Source: Anthoceros angustus
Lineage: Eukaryota > Plantae > Anthocerotophyta
Direction of reading: 5' to 3'
Assembly: GCA_010909165.1 (NCBI GenBank)
Contig: MU008185.1
Location: 1-64,000, forward strand
DNA: 64,000 nt
Positions 12,505 to 25,975 of the stretch are shown piece after piece; position 1 is the stretch's first letter, and each line of letters starts with the position of its first letter. A program made the translations under genes and the position numbers. The notes below the pieces were generated by a model, which saw nothing but the letters and a program-made list of their open reading frames with translations, ran no database searches and was not told where the DNA came from.

Positions 12505-13717
12505 TTATCCTTCTTTGTTTCCACCGGTGAATCCAGCCAAGGATCCAGGCAGAAACTCGGGTGCTCTAAATCTGCGTGTACGGGTAGGAGGAAGCCACCT
12601 CAAACCGCAGCGTTGTCGCATATCGACACCCACCACCTTGCCCTCGCGTGCATGAGATATACTTCGTCTGCCCCCGCCACGACTCTCATATGAAAAGACA
12701 TATGGTCGTCCGAACGGCCCGGCGGCGTAATCGTGAAGATGGAAGCGGGCATGGTGGCCATCACCGTCGTGACATGCTCGCAAAATCTAGCTCCACACCA
12801 CACTTCAAACATGGGCGGAAGTCCGGAATCGTGCCACCCTATGGCCACGCACGGAGGCGGTCTCGCATGTTGAAGTGTCCCTTGCATTTAAGAACTTGGA
12901 ATCGCACTAGGCTTGCGCAGAATCATATAGCTCCAAGCCCGCTTGATGACGCCAGCAGATTGCGACTGCGACATCCTCATGAGGCACGAGAGCACGCTGC
13001 CCACAAACACTCCCCATATCGAAGCAGGCGTCGCGAACAAGCACGTCCATGGCATTGGTTGTCTCACTCCACCTCCAAAGCGCGGAGTCGAAGACGAAGG
13101 TCGACAGAGTTTGTCCATGTTCTCCACACGCTCCCCACTCCTGGATTCACCGCCACCAGCTTGAGGGAGCGCGCTTTGGCGTCCACCCACACGCCCGCAC
13201 ATGATGGAGCCGCAAGTCACCCGGGAGAGCCGGGTCCGTGGAGCGCACCACCGGGTTGCCCAAGTGCGGATGGCCATCCGCCTATACGCTGCCGCGGACA
13301 TGAGCAAGCCGCCGCATGCCGCTACTTGGGAGCTCCAAAACCCACGTCCGCGGGTCATTGCTGGCCGGCGACGACGGACGTCCGACCGCGGCAGGTGGCA
13401 TCCACGACGAGTCGGAGCTTGTACCAGCGGTTGGAGGCGGTCGACGACGAGGCTTTGCCAGAGGTTGTAAAGCCCCGCCAAAAAGCATCCAATCCTGCTT
13501 CTCCGCAATTCCACCCGCTCCTTCAACAACAAGGCGACAACACGGCCTTGTTCAACTCTCTGCACACCGGCGCAATCGCAGGGCTCGGCACCGCACCTTT
13601 GCGGGATCGTCATCACAATGTCGTGAGGCGTCCCATTCATCTCCACCTCTCCATCCTTGTCTCACACCTTCCACCTCGGCATCCATCCTTGTCACACCCT
13701 TCCACCTCCGCATCCAT
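12505..13717 (-). CDS. Plant F-box protein (N-terminal F-box plus FBA/kelch-like beta-propeller), copy 1; apparently intronless, frameshifted in assembly
   Basis: Consensus across copies gives DEWSDRL(P)HDIVMTILAKVPVPSLLRLRTVCRELNKAVLSP (canonical F-box), then WMLF, VAACGGLLM and GNPVVRSWTRLPALP, typical of plant F-box-associated domains. Confidence 0.8.
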
Positions 13718-13784
13718 CCCACACCGCAATTGCTACAACCTACAACGGAATACGGATGATGTCGAACCTCCGAGCTACCCACTC

Positions 13785-14150
13785 CGATATAGAGCTACCC
13801 TCCGCTAGGATCTGGGAGAGCTGCTCGGCGAGCTCAAGGGAAGAAGCAAGAGTGATTATTTTGTGTGGGATCGCACATATATAGCCTTTACAAATTTGGG
13901 CTTGCGATTCTCGGTGTTCTTCAACTCACCTCCAAACTACGTCAGGATATAGAGCTCTAGGCCTTGCAAAGCTAGCTCAAGGGACGAAGTGAGTCGATAA
14001 TAATTTTGGTGTGGGATCGCATATATAGCCTTTAAAATTTGGTCTTGGTAGATTCTGTTCTTCAACTCACCTCCAAACTACGTCACATGATATAGAGCTA
14101 AGACATGCAAAGCTAGTTCGAGGGAGAAGCTTAAGGAAGAAGAAGCAAGT
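13785..14150. repeat. ~160-bp tandem repeat upstream of the F-box gene (also ~17560-17960, 21470-22000, 22890-23270, 28410-28800)
   Basis: GATATAGAGCTCTAGGCCTTG...CACATATATAGCCTTT...CAACTCACCTCCAAACTACGTCA repeated 2-3 times per unit, with one extra copy in unit 3. Confidence 0.85.
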
Positions 14151-14689
14151 GAGTCTAGATTCTCGTAAGATTCTAGTGGACACCAGCTTTCCAATAGCAT
14201 GTTGCGGCGGAACCTACATACATATGTATATATGCGATTTTGGCATCTTCTACGTTGGATATGAGTGCAAAGTGCACATGGGAAAGCATTGTATATATAT
14301 GTGGAGGAGATGGACAAGCCTCGAGCGTAGCATACGATATCCTTCATTGGATGTGAATGCAAAGCGCACATGGGAGAAAAATAATTGGTTTTATTAAAGA
14401 AAGAGAATAGATTGGGGTCACCATCTATGAAAGGACATCAAAGGAAGATCGCAAGGATTGCTATAGATAGGAGCAATGAAAGTCAAGTGGGATGAAGAGG
14501 TGGCTTGCATGCATTGCCCTATGCTTAGTGACCTTGAAAGCCATCCGTTAGCTATTGCTAACCATGTTTCATTAACACTAATCAATACTTAATTAATGTA
14601 GCGCTTTAGATTAATTAATACTAATTACTTAAAGACAAGTCATTAGATTAATTAATGCTAATCAAACACTAAACCCAAGTGCAGAGTAG

Positions 14690-15800
14690 TGTCACGTATG
14701 ACATCCCTTAAGTTCCCCATATTTGCCGGGCTTTGATTTGAAGCCCACGATGTTCCATCTACATGTCATAAATCTTACTACTACTCTCAATCGGCTCTAT
14801 TTTTGGCCTCGCTCAATGGGGACGTCCGAGATTATGTCCTCCTTTGCAACTTATGCCAATGCAACAAAGCTTGTCACCAACGCCTTGCCGGCTGCTCCAA
14901 CCCTTGCTCGCCCTTTATCGCCTCGGGAGCAAGTCACACTTGACTTCATAACCGGATTGCAATGCCATCGGCTTTGATGCGTTGTTGGTCTTCACGAATA
15001 AGCTTACTCATCAAGTGCTCCTTGCCTCCACTCGAGACATGCTCGAACAAACCGACTTATTCGGAAAGTGGTTTATCGTGCCCATGGCCTCCTCGCCTCT
15101 TGTGAGCGATCATGATTCCAGTTTACGTCCCGCTCGGCAAGCGGTTCATTGTGGTCTTGGCACCAAGCTCAGATGTCTCGCCTTTTATCCTCGAGACGGA
15201 TGGTGCTACGAGCGAGCTAATCAAGTTTTAGAGGATATACTCCGTGCTTATGTGTGGTGTGCACCAAACTTTGGCTGGACTTTCTCCACCTCGAGTTGCC
15301 TACAACAACGCCCCTAACGCCTCAACCCGAGTTACTCCATTCTTGTTCAACAAAGGTTTTCACCCCACGCGTTTTCTCGCTTCCTTGCCTTCGCTTGTGT
15401 CCGCCGCTTCGATTTTCTCACCCAACGTGTCCAAATCGCAGAGGCTCGTTTTGCCCATGGAACCCAAAACACAAGCCCAATCGCCAATCATCGCCGCCGT
15501 CCTCAAGAATTTGCGTTGGTACCTATGTCTTGCTCGCCGAATTTATCCCTTCACAGGATTCGTAAGATTTCCGCTTTTGTTGGTCCTCACGTATCCTCCG
15601 TTGCATTGGCCTGGCCTATGAGCTTGCCCTTCCTCCCGAATCTCGCATTCACCTGCCTTCGAACACTAGAACCATGTTTTGATCCCGCACATGACCAGCC
15701 GCACTCTCGAGCTCGAGTATGCTCACATTGACCGATGCACTTCATCCTTCCACCGCTCCGAACGACAATAGAATCTACCACCGCGGCATATTTCAAAGCC
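14690..15800 (+). mobile_element. Ty3/gypsy integrase fragment (zinc-binding domain, catalytic core, GPY/F region); array unit copy
   Basis: Consensus of copies: ISEAHDVPSTGH...LYFWPQLNQDVRDYVLLCNLCQCNK...AGLLQPLP...EQVTLDFITGLP...HGLPRSLVSDHD...TDGATERANQVLEDILRAY...LHLVEFAYNN...TPF...FVGPYRIL...[14 protein letters not shown]. No RT, RNase H or LTR is attached. Confidence 0.9.
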
Positions 15801-16281
15801 CCTTGCACTCACGATCGGAAAAAGTGGGCTCGGAACTCATCTTGCGTTGCTCGCTCGATCGCCATATCGAAGATGATGATTTGCAAGTTGGTTTCAAAGA
15901 CATGGTAGCGACATGGTACCACGTGATTCCAGGCCGCGACGATCGATGTTTGGAATTTGAGGAGCATGGAGTGAATGCCTTTATCATGTAAAAAAATGTT
16001 TCGTTCTCATTTCTCACGATGATCGACACCAACGTTAACGTTAACGTGAACGCTTCGTTGGTGTGATGTTGCTGCAAATGCGCGGAAGGAAAGAAATGAT
16101 GTTCACGCCGCGCTGCTCTTTAGTGAAAGCTTAATTTAATATTTAATTGTAGCTAGCCCGCCACACAAGCGATTGCGAGTTTGAAGCATAGACCAATGTT
16201 GCAGACGGAAGGATGCAAAGCAGTTTGAGAGGAGTCTCTCAAGCGAAAACAAGCCATAGGCATGTTCGTTGTTCTAATTAT

Positions 16282-17485
16282 TTATCCTTGTGTTGCTTCC
16301 GGTGGCGAAATCCAGCCAAGGATCCAGCAGAAACTGGTGCTCACAAATGCGTGTACGGGTAGGAGGGAAGCCACCTCCAAACCGCAGCGTTGTCGCATCG
16401 ACACCCACCACCTTGCCCTCGTTATCGGGCATGAGATATACTGTCCGCCGCCACGACTCTCATATGAAAAGACATATGGTCGTCCGAACGGCTGGCGGGC
16501 GTAATCGTGAAGATGGAAGCGGGCATGGTGGCCATCACCGGTGACATGCTCGCAAAATCTAGCTCCCACACCGCACTTCAAACATGGGCGGAAGTCCGGA
16601 ATCGCCACCCTATGGCCACGCCGCAGCGGTCTCGCATGTTGAAGTGTCCCTTGCATTTAAGAACTTGGAATCTCGCACTAGGCTTGCGAATCATATAGCT
16701 CCAAGCCCGCTTGAGACGCCCAGATTGCACTGCGACATCCTCATGAGGCACGTGAGCACGCCCACAAACACTCCGTACCCCATATCGAAGCAAAGGCCGC
16801 GAACAAGCACGCCCATGGCATTGGTTGTCTCACTCCACCTCCAAAGCGGAGTCGAAGACGGTCGACAGTGTTTGTCCATGTTCTCCACACCGCTACCCCA
16901 CCGACTCGGATTCACCGCCACCAGCTTGAGGGAGCGCTTTGGCGTCCACCCACACGCCCGCACATGATGGAGCCGCAAGTCACCCGGGAGAGCCGGCACC
17001 GGGTCCAGAGCGCACCACCGGGTTGCCCAAGTGCGGATGGCCATCCGCCCGCCGACGCCGGGACATGAGCAAGCCGCCGCATGCCGCTACTTGGGAGCTC
17101 CAAAACCCACGTCCGTGGCCGCTCCGGTGGCGACGCCGACGGACTGGTCCGACCGCTTTGGCATCCACGACGAGTCGGAGCTTGTACCGGTTGGAGGCGT
17201 GGTCAGACGCACGAGGCTTTACAGCGAGGTTGTAAAGCGCCACGAAAAGCATCCAATCCGTTCTCCCGCTGCAATTCCACCCGCTCCTTCAACAACAAGG
17301 CGACAACACGGCCTTGTTCAACTCTCTGCCGCGCAATGACGAGGCTCGCACGGCACCTTTGCCGGGATCGTCATCACAATGTCGTGAGGCGTCACTCCAT
17401 TCATCTCCACCCTCCTCGGCATCCATCCTTGTCTCACACCCTTCCACCTCCGCATCCATCCCACACCTTCCACCTCCGCATCCAT
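16282..17485 (-). CDS. F-box protein, copy 2
   Basis: Near-identical to copy 1 apart from indels. Confidence 0.78.
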
Positions 17486-18519
17486 CCCACAGCAATTGCT
17501 ACAACCTACAACGGAATACGGATGATGTCGAACCTCCGATAGCTACCCCACTCGACCACGGGATATAGAGCTCTAGTACAGCTCAGGCCAAGAAGCTCAG
17601 GCGAAGCTCAGCAAGAAGGAAGAGCTCTAGGCCTTGGTGTGCAAGTGATTATTTTGGTGTGTGGGATCGCATATATATAGCCTTTACAAATTTGGGCTTG
17701 GCGATTCTCGGTGTTCTTCAACTCACCTCCAAACTACGTCACGGATATAGAGCTCTAGGCCTTGCAAAGCTAGCTCAAGGGACGAAGTGAGTCGATAATA
17801 ATTTTGGTGTGTGGGATCGCACATATATAGCCTTTTAAAATTTGGTCTTGGTAGATTCTCGGTGTTCTTCAACTCACCTCCAAACTACGTCACAGGATAT
17901 AGAGCTAAGACATGCAAAGCTAGTTCGAGGGAGAAGCTTAAGGGAAGAAGAAGCAAGTGAGTCTAGATTCTCGTAAGATTCTAGTGGACACCAGCAGCTT
18001 TCCAATAGCATGTTGCGGCCGGAACCTACATACATATGTATATATGCGATTTTGGCATCTTCTCTACGTTGGATATGAGTGCAAAGTGCACATGGGAAAG
18101 CAGGCATTGTATATATATGTGGAGGAGATGGACAAGCCTCGAGAGCGCATACAGCATACGATATCCTTCATTGGATGTGAATGCAAAGCGCACATGGGAG
18201 AAAAATAATTGGTTTTATTAAAGAAAGAGAATAGATTGGGGTCACCATCTATGAAAGGACATCAAAGGAAGATCGCAAGGATTGCTATAGATAGGAGCAA
18301 TCCACAAGCAAGTGGGATGAAGAGGTGGCTTGCATGCATTGCCCTATGCTTAGTGACCTTGAAAGCCATCCCGTTAGCTATTGCTAACCATGTTTCATTA
18401 ACACTAATCAATACTTAATTAATGTAAGTGCTTTAGATTAATTAATACTAATTACTTAAAGACAAGTCATTAGATTAATTAATGCTAATCAAACACTAAA
18501 CCCAAGTGCAGAGAGTAGT

Positions 18520-19665
18520 GTCACACGGTATGACATCCCTTAAGTTCCCCATATTTGCCGGGCTTTGATTTCTGAAGCCCACGATGTTCCATCTACAGGT
18601 CATAAATCTTACTACTACCACTCTCAATCGGCTCTATTTTTGGCCTCAGCTCAATCAGGACGTCCGAGATTATGTCCTCCTTTGCAACTTATGCCAATGC
18701 AACAAAGCTTGTCACCAACGCCTTGCCGGCCTGCTCCAACCCTTGCCTCGCCCTTCTCGCCACAGGAGCAAGTCACACTTGACTTCATAACCGGATTGCC
18801 TCGCACCGCATGGCTTTGATGCGTTGCTGGTCTTCACGAATAAGCTTACTCATCAAGTGCTCCTTGCCTCCACTCTTGAGACATGCTCTCGAACAAATCG
18901 ACTTATGCGGAAAGTGGTTTATCGTGCCCATGGCCTCCCTCGCTCTCTTGTGAGCGATCATGATTCAGTTTACGTCCCGCTCGGCAAGCGGTTCATTGTG
19001 GTCTTGGCACCAAGCTCAGTATGTTCACGCCTTTTATCCTCGACGGATGGTGCTACGGGCGAGCTAATCAAGTTTTAGAGGATATACTCCGTGCTTATGC
19101 AGTGTGCACCAAACTCGGTGGCTGGACTTTCTCCACCTCGTTGAGTTTGCCTACAACAATGCCCCTAACGCCTCAACCCGAGTTACTCCATTCTTGTTCA
19201 ACAAAGGTTTTCACCCCGCACGTTGCTTTTTGCTTCCGCCGCTTGTGTCCCTCGCTTCGATTTTCTTTTCAAATGTCCAGATGGCTCAATTTGCCCATGG
19301 AACCCAAACAAGCCCAATCGCCAATCATCGTCGTCCTCAAGAATTTGCGTTGGTACCTATGTCTTTCAGTCTGCTAATTTATCCTTCACGGGATTCGTAA
19401 GATTTCCCCTCGTTTTGTTGGTCCTTACCGTATCCTCCGTTGCATTGGCCCTGTGGCCTATGAGCTTGCCCTTCCTCCCGAATCTCGCATTCACCCTGTC
19501 TTCCAGAACACCAGAACCATGTTTTGATCCTGCACAGCGACCAGTGCTGCACCAGCGCTCTGAGCTCGAGTATGCTCACATTGACCTGATGCACTTCATC
19601 CTTCCACTGCTTCCGAACGACAATAGAATCTACCAGCCTGCCCAGGCATATTTCAAAGCCCCTTG
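18520..19665 (+). mobile_element. Ty3/gypsy integrase fragment; array unit copy
   Basis: As above (ORFs 18565, 18584, 19104). Confidence 0.9.
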
Positions 19666-20148
19666 CACTCACGATCGGAAAAAGTGGGCTCGGAACTCAT
19701 CTTGCGGTTGCTCGCTCGATCGCCATATGGAAGATGATGATTTGCAAGTTGGTTTCAAAGACATGGTAGCGACATGGTACCACGTGATTCCAGGTCGCAG
19801 ACGATCGATGTTTGGAATTTGAGGAGCATGGAGTGAATGCCTTTTATCATGTAAAAAAATGTTCGTTCTCATTTCTCTCTGCGATGATCACCACCAGCGT
19901 TAACGTTAACGTGAGCGTTCGTTGGTGTGATGTTGCCGTGCAAATGCGGAAGGAAAGAAATGATGTTCTATCAAGGTCGCTCTTTAGTGAAAGCTTAATT
20001 TAATATTTAATTGTAGCTAGCCCCGCTACACAAGCGGTGTTGCTTTGAAGCATAGACCAATGTTGCGACGGAAGGATGCAAAGCTTTGAGAGGAGTCTCT
20101 CAAAGCGAAAACAAGCTAACGACTAGGCATGTTCGTTGTTCTAATTAT

Positions 20149-21395
20149 TTATCCTTCTGTTGCTTCCGGCGAAATCCACCAAGGATCGAGGCGAAAACAA
20201 CTGGTGCTCACAAAGCTGCGTGTCTGGGTAGGAGGAAGCCACCTCCAAACCGCAGCGCTTGTCGACATCGACACCCACCACCTTGCCCTCGTTATCGGGC
20301 ATGAGATATACTGCCGTCCCGCCACGACTCTCATATGAAAAGACATATGGTCGTCCGAACGGCTGGCGGGCGAATGAAGATGGAAGCGGGCATGGTGGCC
20401 ATCACCGTCCAGGACATGCTCGCAAAATCTAGCTCCCACACCTGCACTTCAAACATGGGCGGGAAGTCCTGGAATCGCTGCCACCCTATGGCCACGCACA
20501 GGAGGCGGTCTCGCATGTTGAAGTGTCCCTTGCATTTAAGAACTTGGAATCCTGCACTAGGCTTGCGCAGAATCATATAGCTCCAACTGGCCGCTTGAGA
20601 CGACGCCGGTTGCTGCGACATCCTCATGAGGCACGTAGAGCACGCCCACAAACACTCCGACCCCATATCGAAGCAGGCGCCGTGACAAGCACGCCCATGG
20701 TGGTTGTCTCACTCCACCTCCAAAGCGGAGTCGAAGACGAAGGTCGACAGTGTTTGTCCATGTTCTCACACCGCTACCCCACCGACTCCTGGATTCACCG
20801 CCACCAGCTTGAGGGAGCGCTTTGGCGTCCACCCACACGCCCGCATGATGGAGCCGCAAGTCACCCGGGAGAGCCGGCAGCCGGGTCCAGGAGCGCACCA
20901 CCGGGTTGCCCAAGTGCGGGATGGCCATCTGCCCCGCCTTCTGCTCGACGCTGTCGCTGGCGGACATGAGCAAGCCGCCGCATGCCGCTACTTGGGGGAG
21001 CTCCAAAACCCACGTCCGTGGTCACTGCTCCGGCCGGCGACGCCGACGGACTGGTCCGACCGCGGCTTGGTGGCATCCACGACGAGAGCTTGTACCAGGG
21101 TTGGAGGCGGTCGTCGCGAGGCTTTGCCCGGTAGGTTGTAAAGCCCGCCACGAAAAGCATCCAATCCTCCCGCTCGCAATTCCACCCGCTCCTTCAACAA
21201 CAAGGCGACAACACGGCCTTGTTCAACTCTCGCACACCGTGCGCAATCGCCAGGCTCGCAATCGGCACCTTTGCCGGGATCGTCATCACAATGTCGTGAG
21301 GCGGTCACTCCATTCATCTCCACCCTCTCCATCCTTGTCTCACCCTTCCACCTCGCATCCATCCTTGTCTCACACCCTTCCACCTCCGCATCCAT
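20149..21395 (-). CDS. F-box protein, copy 3
   Basis: Near-identical to copy 1; MAIPHLGNPVVRSWTRLPALPGDLRLHH is read directly in ORF 20557..21006. Confidence 0.78.
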
Positions 21396-22339
21396 CCCAC
21401 ACCGCAATTGCTACAACCTACAACGGAATACGGATGATGTCGAACCTCCGATAGCTACCCCACTCAGTGATATAGAGCTCTAGGCCTTGAAAAGCTAGCT
21501 CGAGGCAGCTTGGGAAGAAGCAAGTGAGTCGATGATTATTTTGGTGTGTGGATCGCACATATATAGCCTTTACAAATTTGGGCTTGGCGATTCTCGGTGT
21601 TCTTCAACTCACCTCCAAACTACGTCACGGGATATAGAGCTCTAGGCCTTGAAAAGCTAGCTCAAGGGACGAAGCAAGTGAGTCGATAATAATTTTGGTG
21701 TGTGGGATCGCACATATATAGCCTTTACAAATTTGGGCTTGGCGATTCTCGGTGTTCTTCAACTCACCTCCAAACTACGTCACGGGATATAGAGCTCTAG
21801 GCCTTGCAAAGCTAGCTCAAGGGACGAAGCAAGTGAGTCGATGATTATTTTGGTGTGTGGGATCGCACATATATAGCCTTTAAAATTTGGTCTTGGTAGA
21901 TTCTGTTCTTCAACTCACCTCCAAACTACGCCACATGATATAGAGCTAAGACATGCAAAGCTAGTTCGAGGAGAAGCTTAAGGAAGAAGAAGCAAGTGAG
22001 TCTAGATTCTCGTAAGATTCTAGTGGACACCAGCTTTCCAATAGCATGTTTTGGGAACCTACATACATATGTATATATGCGATTTTGGCATCTTCTCTCG
22101 TTGGATATGAGTGCAAAGTGCACATGGGAAAGCATACATTGTATATATATGTGGAGGAGATGGACAAGCCTCGAGGCGCATAGCATACGATATCCTTCAT
22201 TGGATGTGAATGCAAAGCGCACATGGGAGAAAAATAATTGGTTTTATTAAAGAAAGAGAATAGATTGGGGTTGACCATCTATGAAAGGACATCAAAGGAA
22301 GATCGCAAGGATTGCTATAGATAGGAGCAATCCGAAACT

Positions 22340-22802
22340 GCCCAAGTGCGGGATGGCCATCCGCCCGCCCGCCGACGCGCGGGACATGAGCAAGCCGCCG
22401 CATGCCGCTACTTGGGAGCTCCAAAACCCACGTCCGTGGCCTGCTCCGGCCGGGACGCCGACGGACTGGTCCGACCGCTTTGGGTGGCATCCACGACGAG
22501 AGCTTGTACCAAGGTTGGAGGCGGTCGTAACGAGGCTTTGCGTAGGTTGTAAGCGCCACGAAAAGCATCCAATCCGTTCTCCGCAATTCCACCCGCTCCT
22601 TCAACAACAAGGGCGACAACACGGCCTTGTTCAACTCTCGCACACCGCGCAATCGCAGCAGCTCGGCACCGCACCTTTGCCAGATCGTCATCACAATGTC
22701 GAGGCGGTCACTCCATTCATCTCCACCTCGCATCCATCCTTGTCTCACACCCTTCCACCTCGCATCCATCCTTGTCTCACACCCTTCCACCTCCGCATCC
22801 AT
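22340..22802 (-). pseudogene. F-box protein, 5' half only (internal duplication in unit 3)
   Basis: Starts at a junction at TGCCCAAGTG; ORF 22197..22814 shows EWSDRLDIVMTI...RELNKAVLSPLLLKERVELR. Confidence 0.7.
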
Positions 22803-23804
22803 CCCACACCGCAATTGCTACAACCTACAACGGAATACGGATGATGTCGAACCTCCGATAGCTACCACTCGATAGCTACCACTCCGACCACGGGATATAG
22901 AGCTCTAGGCCTTGAAAAGCTAGCTCTAGGCAAGCTCAAGGGAGAAGCAAGTGAGTCGATTATTTTGGTGTGTGGGATCGCATATATAGCCTTTACAAAT
23001 TTGGGCTTGGCGATTCTCGGTGTTCTTCAACTCACCTCCAAACTACGTCACGGGATATAGAGCTCTAGGCCTTGCAAAGCTAGCTCAAGGGACGAAGCAA
23101 GTGAGTCGATAATAATTTTGGTGTGTGGATCGCACATATATAGCCTTTAAAATTTGGTCTTGGTAGATTCTGTTCTTCAACTCACCTCCAAACTACGCCA
23201 CATGATATAGAGCTAAGACATGCAAAGCTAGTTCGAGGAGAAGCTTAAGGAAGAAGAAGCAAGTGAGTCTAGATTCTCGTAAGATTCTAGTGGACACCAG
23301 CTTTCCAATAGCATGTTGTTGCGAACCTACATACATATGTATATATGCGATTTTGGCATCTTCTACGTTGGATATGAGTGCAAAGTGCACATGGGAAAGG
23401 GCATTGTATATATATGTGGAGGAGATGGACAAGCCTCGAGCGATCATAGCATACGATATCCTTCATTGGATGTGAATGCAAAGCGCACATGGGAGAAAAA
23501 TAATTGGTTTTATTAAAGAAAGAGAATAGATTGGGGTCACCATCTATGAAAGGACATCAAAGGAAGATCGCAAGGATTGCTATAGATAGGAGCAATAAGC
23601 CCAAGTGGGATGAAGAGGTGGCTTGCATGCATTGCCCTATGCTTAGTGACCTTGAAAGCCATCCGTTAGCTATTGCTAACCATGTTTCATTAACACTAAT
23701 CAATACTTAATTAATAAGCTTTAGATTAATTAATACTAATTACTTAAAGACAAGTCATTAGATTAATTAATGCTAATCAAACACTAAACCCAAGTGCAGA
23801 GTAG

Positions 23805-24940
23805 TGTCACATGGTATGACATCCCTTAAGTTCCCCATATTTGCCGGGCTTTGATTTGAAGCCCACGATGTTCCATCTACATGTCATAAATCTTACTACT
23901 ACCACTCTCAATCGGCTCTATTTTTGGCCTCACCAATCAGACGTCCGAGATTATGTCCTCCTTTGCAACTTATGCCAATGCAACAAAGCTTGTCACCAAC
24001 GCCTTGCCGGCTGCTCCAACCCTCTGTCCTTTATCGCCTGGAGCAAGTCACACTTGACTTCATAACCGGATTGCCTCGCAATGCATCGGCTTTGATGCGT
24101 TCTGGTCTTCACGAATAAGCTTACTCATCAAGTGCTCCTTGCCTCCACTCGAGACATGCTCTCGAACAAACCGACTTATTCGGAAAGTGGTTTATCGTGC
24201 CCATGGCCTCCCTCGCTCTCTTGTGAGCGATCATGATTCAGTTTACGTCCCGCTCGGCAAGCGGTTCATTGTGTGGTCTTGGCACCAAGCTGTATGTTCT
24301 CGCCTTTTATCCTCGACGGATGGTGCTACGGAGCGAGCTAATCAAGTTTTAGAGGATATACTCCGTGCTTATGCGTGTGCACCAAACTCGGTGGCTGGAC
24401 TTTCTCCACCTCGTTGAGTTTGCCTACAACAATGCCCCTAACGCCTCAACCCGAGTTACTCCATTCTTGTTCAACAAAGGTTTTCACCCCGCACGTTGCC
24501 GCTTTGCCTTCGCTGCTTGTGTCCCCGCCGCTTGTCGATTTTCTCACCAACGTGTCCAAATTCTGCAGAGGCTCTTCGGTTTGCCCATGGAACCCAAACC
24601 GCCAAGCCCAATCGCCAATCATCGCCGTCCTCAAGAATTTGCTTGGTACCTATGTCTCATTGCCCGAATTTATCCTTCACGGGATTCGTAAGATTTCCCT
24701 CGTTTTGTTGGTCCTTACCGTATCCTCCGCTGCATTGGCCCCTGTGGCCTATGAGCTTGCCCTTCCTCCCGAATCTCGCATTCACTGCCTTCGAACAGAA
24801 CCATGTTTTGATCCCCGCAGACAACAGTCTTGCCGCACGGCTCGAGCTCGAGTATGCTCACATTGACCGATGCACTTCATCCTTCCACCGCTCGAACGAC
24901 AATAGAATCTACCACCGCCTTGCATATTTCAAAGCCCTTG
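23805..24940 (+). mobile_element. Ty3/gypsy integrase fragment; array unit copy
   Basis: As above (ORFs 24139, 24365). Confidence 0.9.
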
Positions 24941-25428
24941 CACTCACGATCGGAAAAAGTGGGCTCGGAACTCATCTTGCGGTTGCTTTCGCTCGATCGC
25001 CATATCGAAGATGATGATTTGCAAGTTGGTTTCAAAGACATGGTGCGACATGGTACCACGTGATTCCAAACCGGCCGTGGACGATCGATGTTTGGAATTT
25101 GAGGAGCATGGAGTGAATGCCTTTTATCATGTAAAAAAATGTTTCGTTCTCATTTCTCTCTGCGATGATCGGCTCACCAACGTTAACGCGTTAACGTGAA
25201 CGCTCATGGTGTGATGTTCTGTGTACAAATGCGAGAAGGAAAGAAATGATGTTCGACTGTGCTCTTTAGTGAAAGCTTAATTTAATATTTAATTGTAGCT
25301 AGGGCTACACAAGGCGATTGCGGATTTGAAGCATAGACCAATGTTGCGCAGACGGAAGGATGCAAACAGCTTGAGAGGAGTCTCTCAAAGCGAAAACAAG
25401 CTAACGCTAGGCATGTTCGTTGTTCTAA

Positions 25429-25975
25429 TTATTTATCCTTCTTGTTTTCCATTTGGCGAAATCCAGCCAAGGATCCGTGTGAAAACATGGTGCTCACAAA
25501 TGCGTGTACGGGTAGGAGGAAGCCACCTCCAAACCGCAGCGCTTTGTGCATCGACACCCACCACCTTGCCCTCGTTATCGTGCATGAGATATACTGCCCC
25601 GCCCGCACGACTCTCATATGAAAAGACATATGGTCGTCCAACGGGCCCAGCGGGCGAATGAAGATGGAAGCGGGCATGGTGGCCATCACCGTCAGGACAT
25701 GCTCGCAAAATCTAGCTCCCACACCGCACTTCAAACATGGGCGGGTCCCGGAATCACGCCACCCTATGGCCACGCATGTGAGGCGGTCTCGCATGTTGAA
25801 GTGTCCCTTGCATTTAAGAACTTGGAATCTCGCACTAGGCTTGCGAATCATATAGCTCCAACCGCCCGCTTGACAAGACGAGATTGCAACTGCGACATCC
25901 TCATGAGGCACGAGAGCACGCTGCCCACAAACACTGCACTCATATCGAACAGGCCGCGAACAAGCACGTCCATGG
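25429..25975 (-). pseudogene. F-box protein, 3' part only (unit 4 internally deleted)
   Basis: Sequence jumps at CCATGGC (~25970) from F-box into integrase sequence. Confidence 0.7.

Noticed and set aside
12648-13808. Longest ORF in the track (386 aa, + strand) and its equivalents in other units
   Set aside because: Antisense shadow of the GC-rich F-box gene; no motifs, and the frame is not conserved between copies.
14690-15800. TGTCAC at ~14689 as an LTR start, i.e. the array as tandem LTR retrotransposons
   Set aside because: Integrase-coding sequence follows at once; no matching LTR end, PBS, PPT, RT or TSD.
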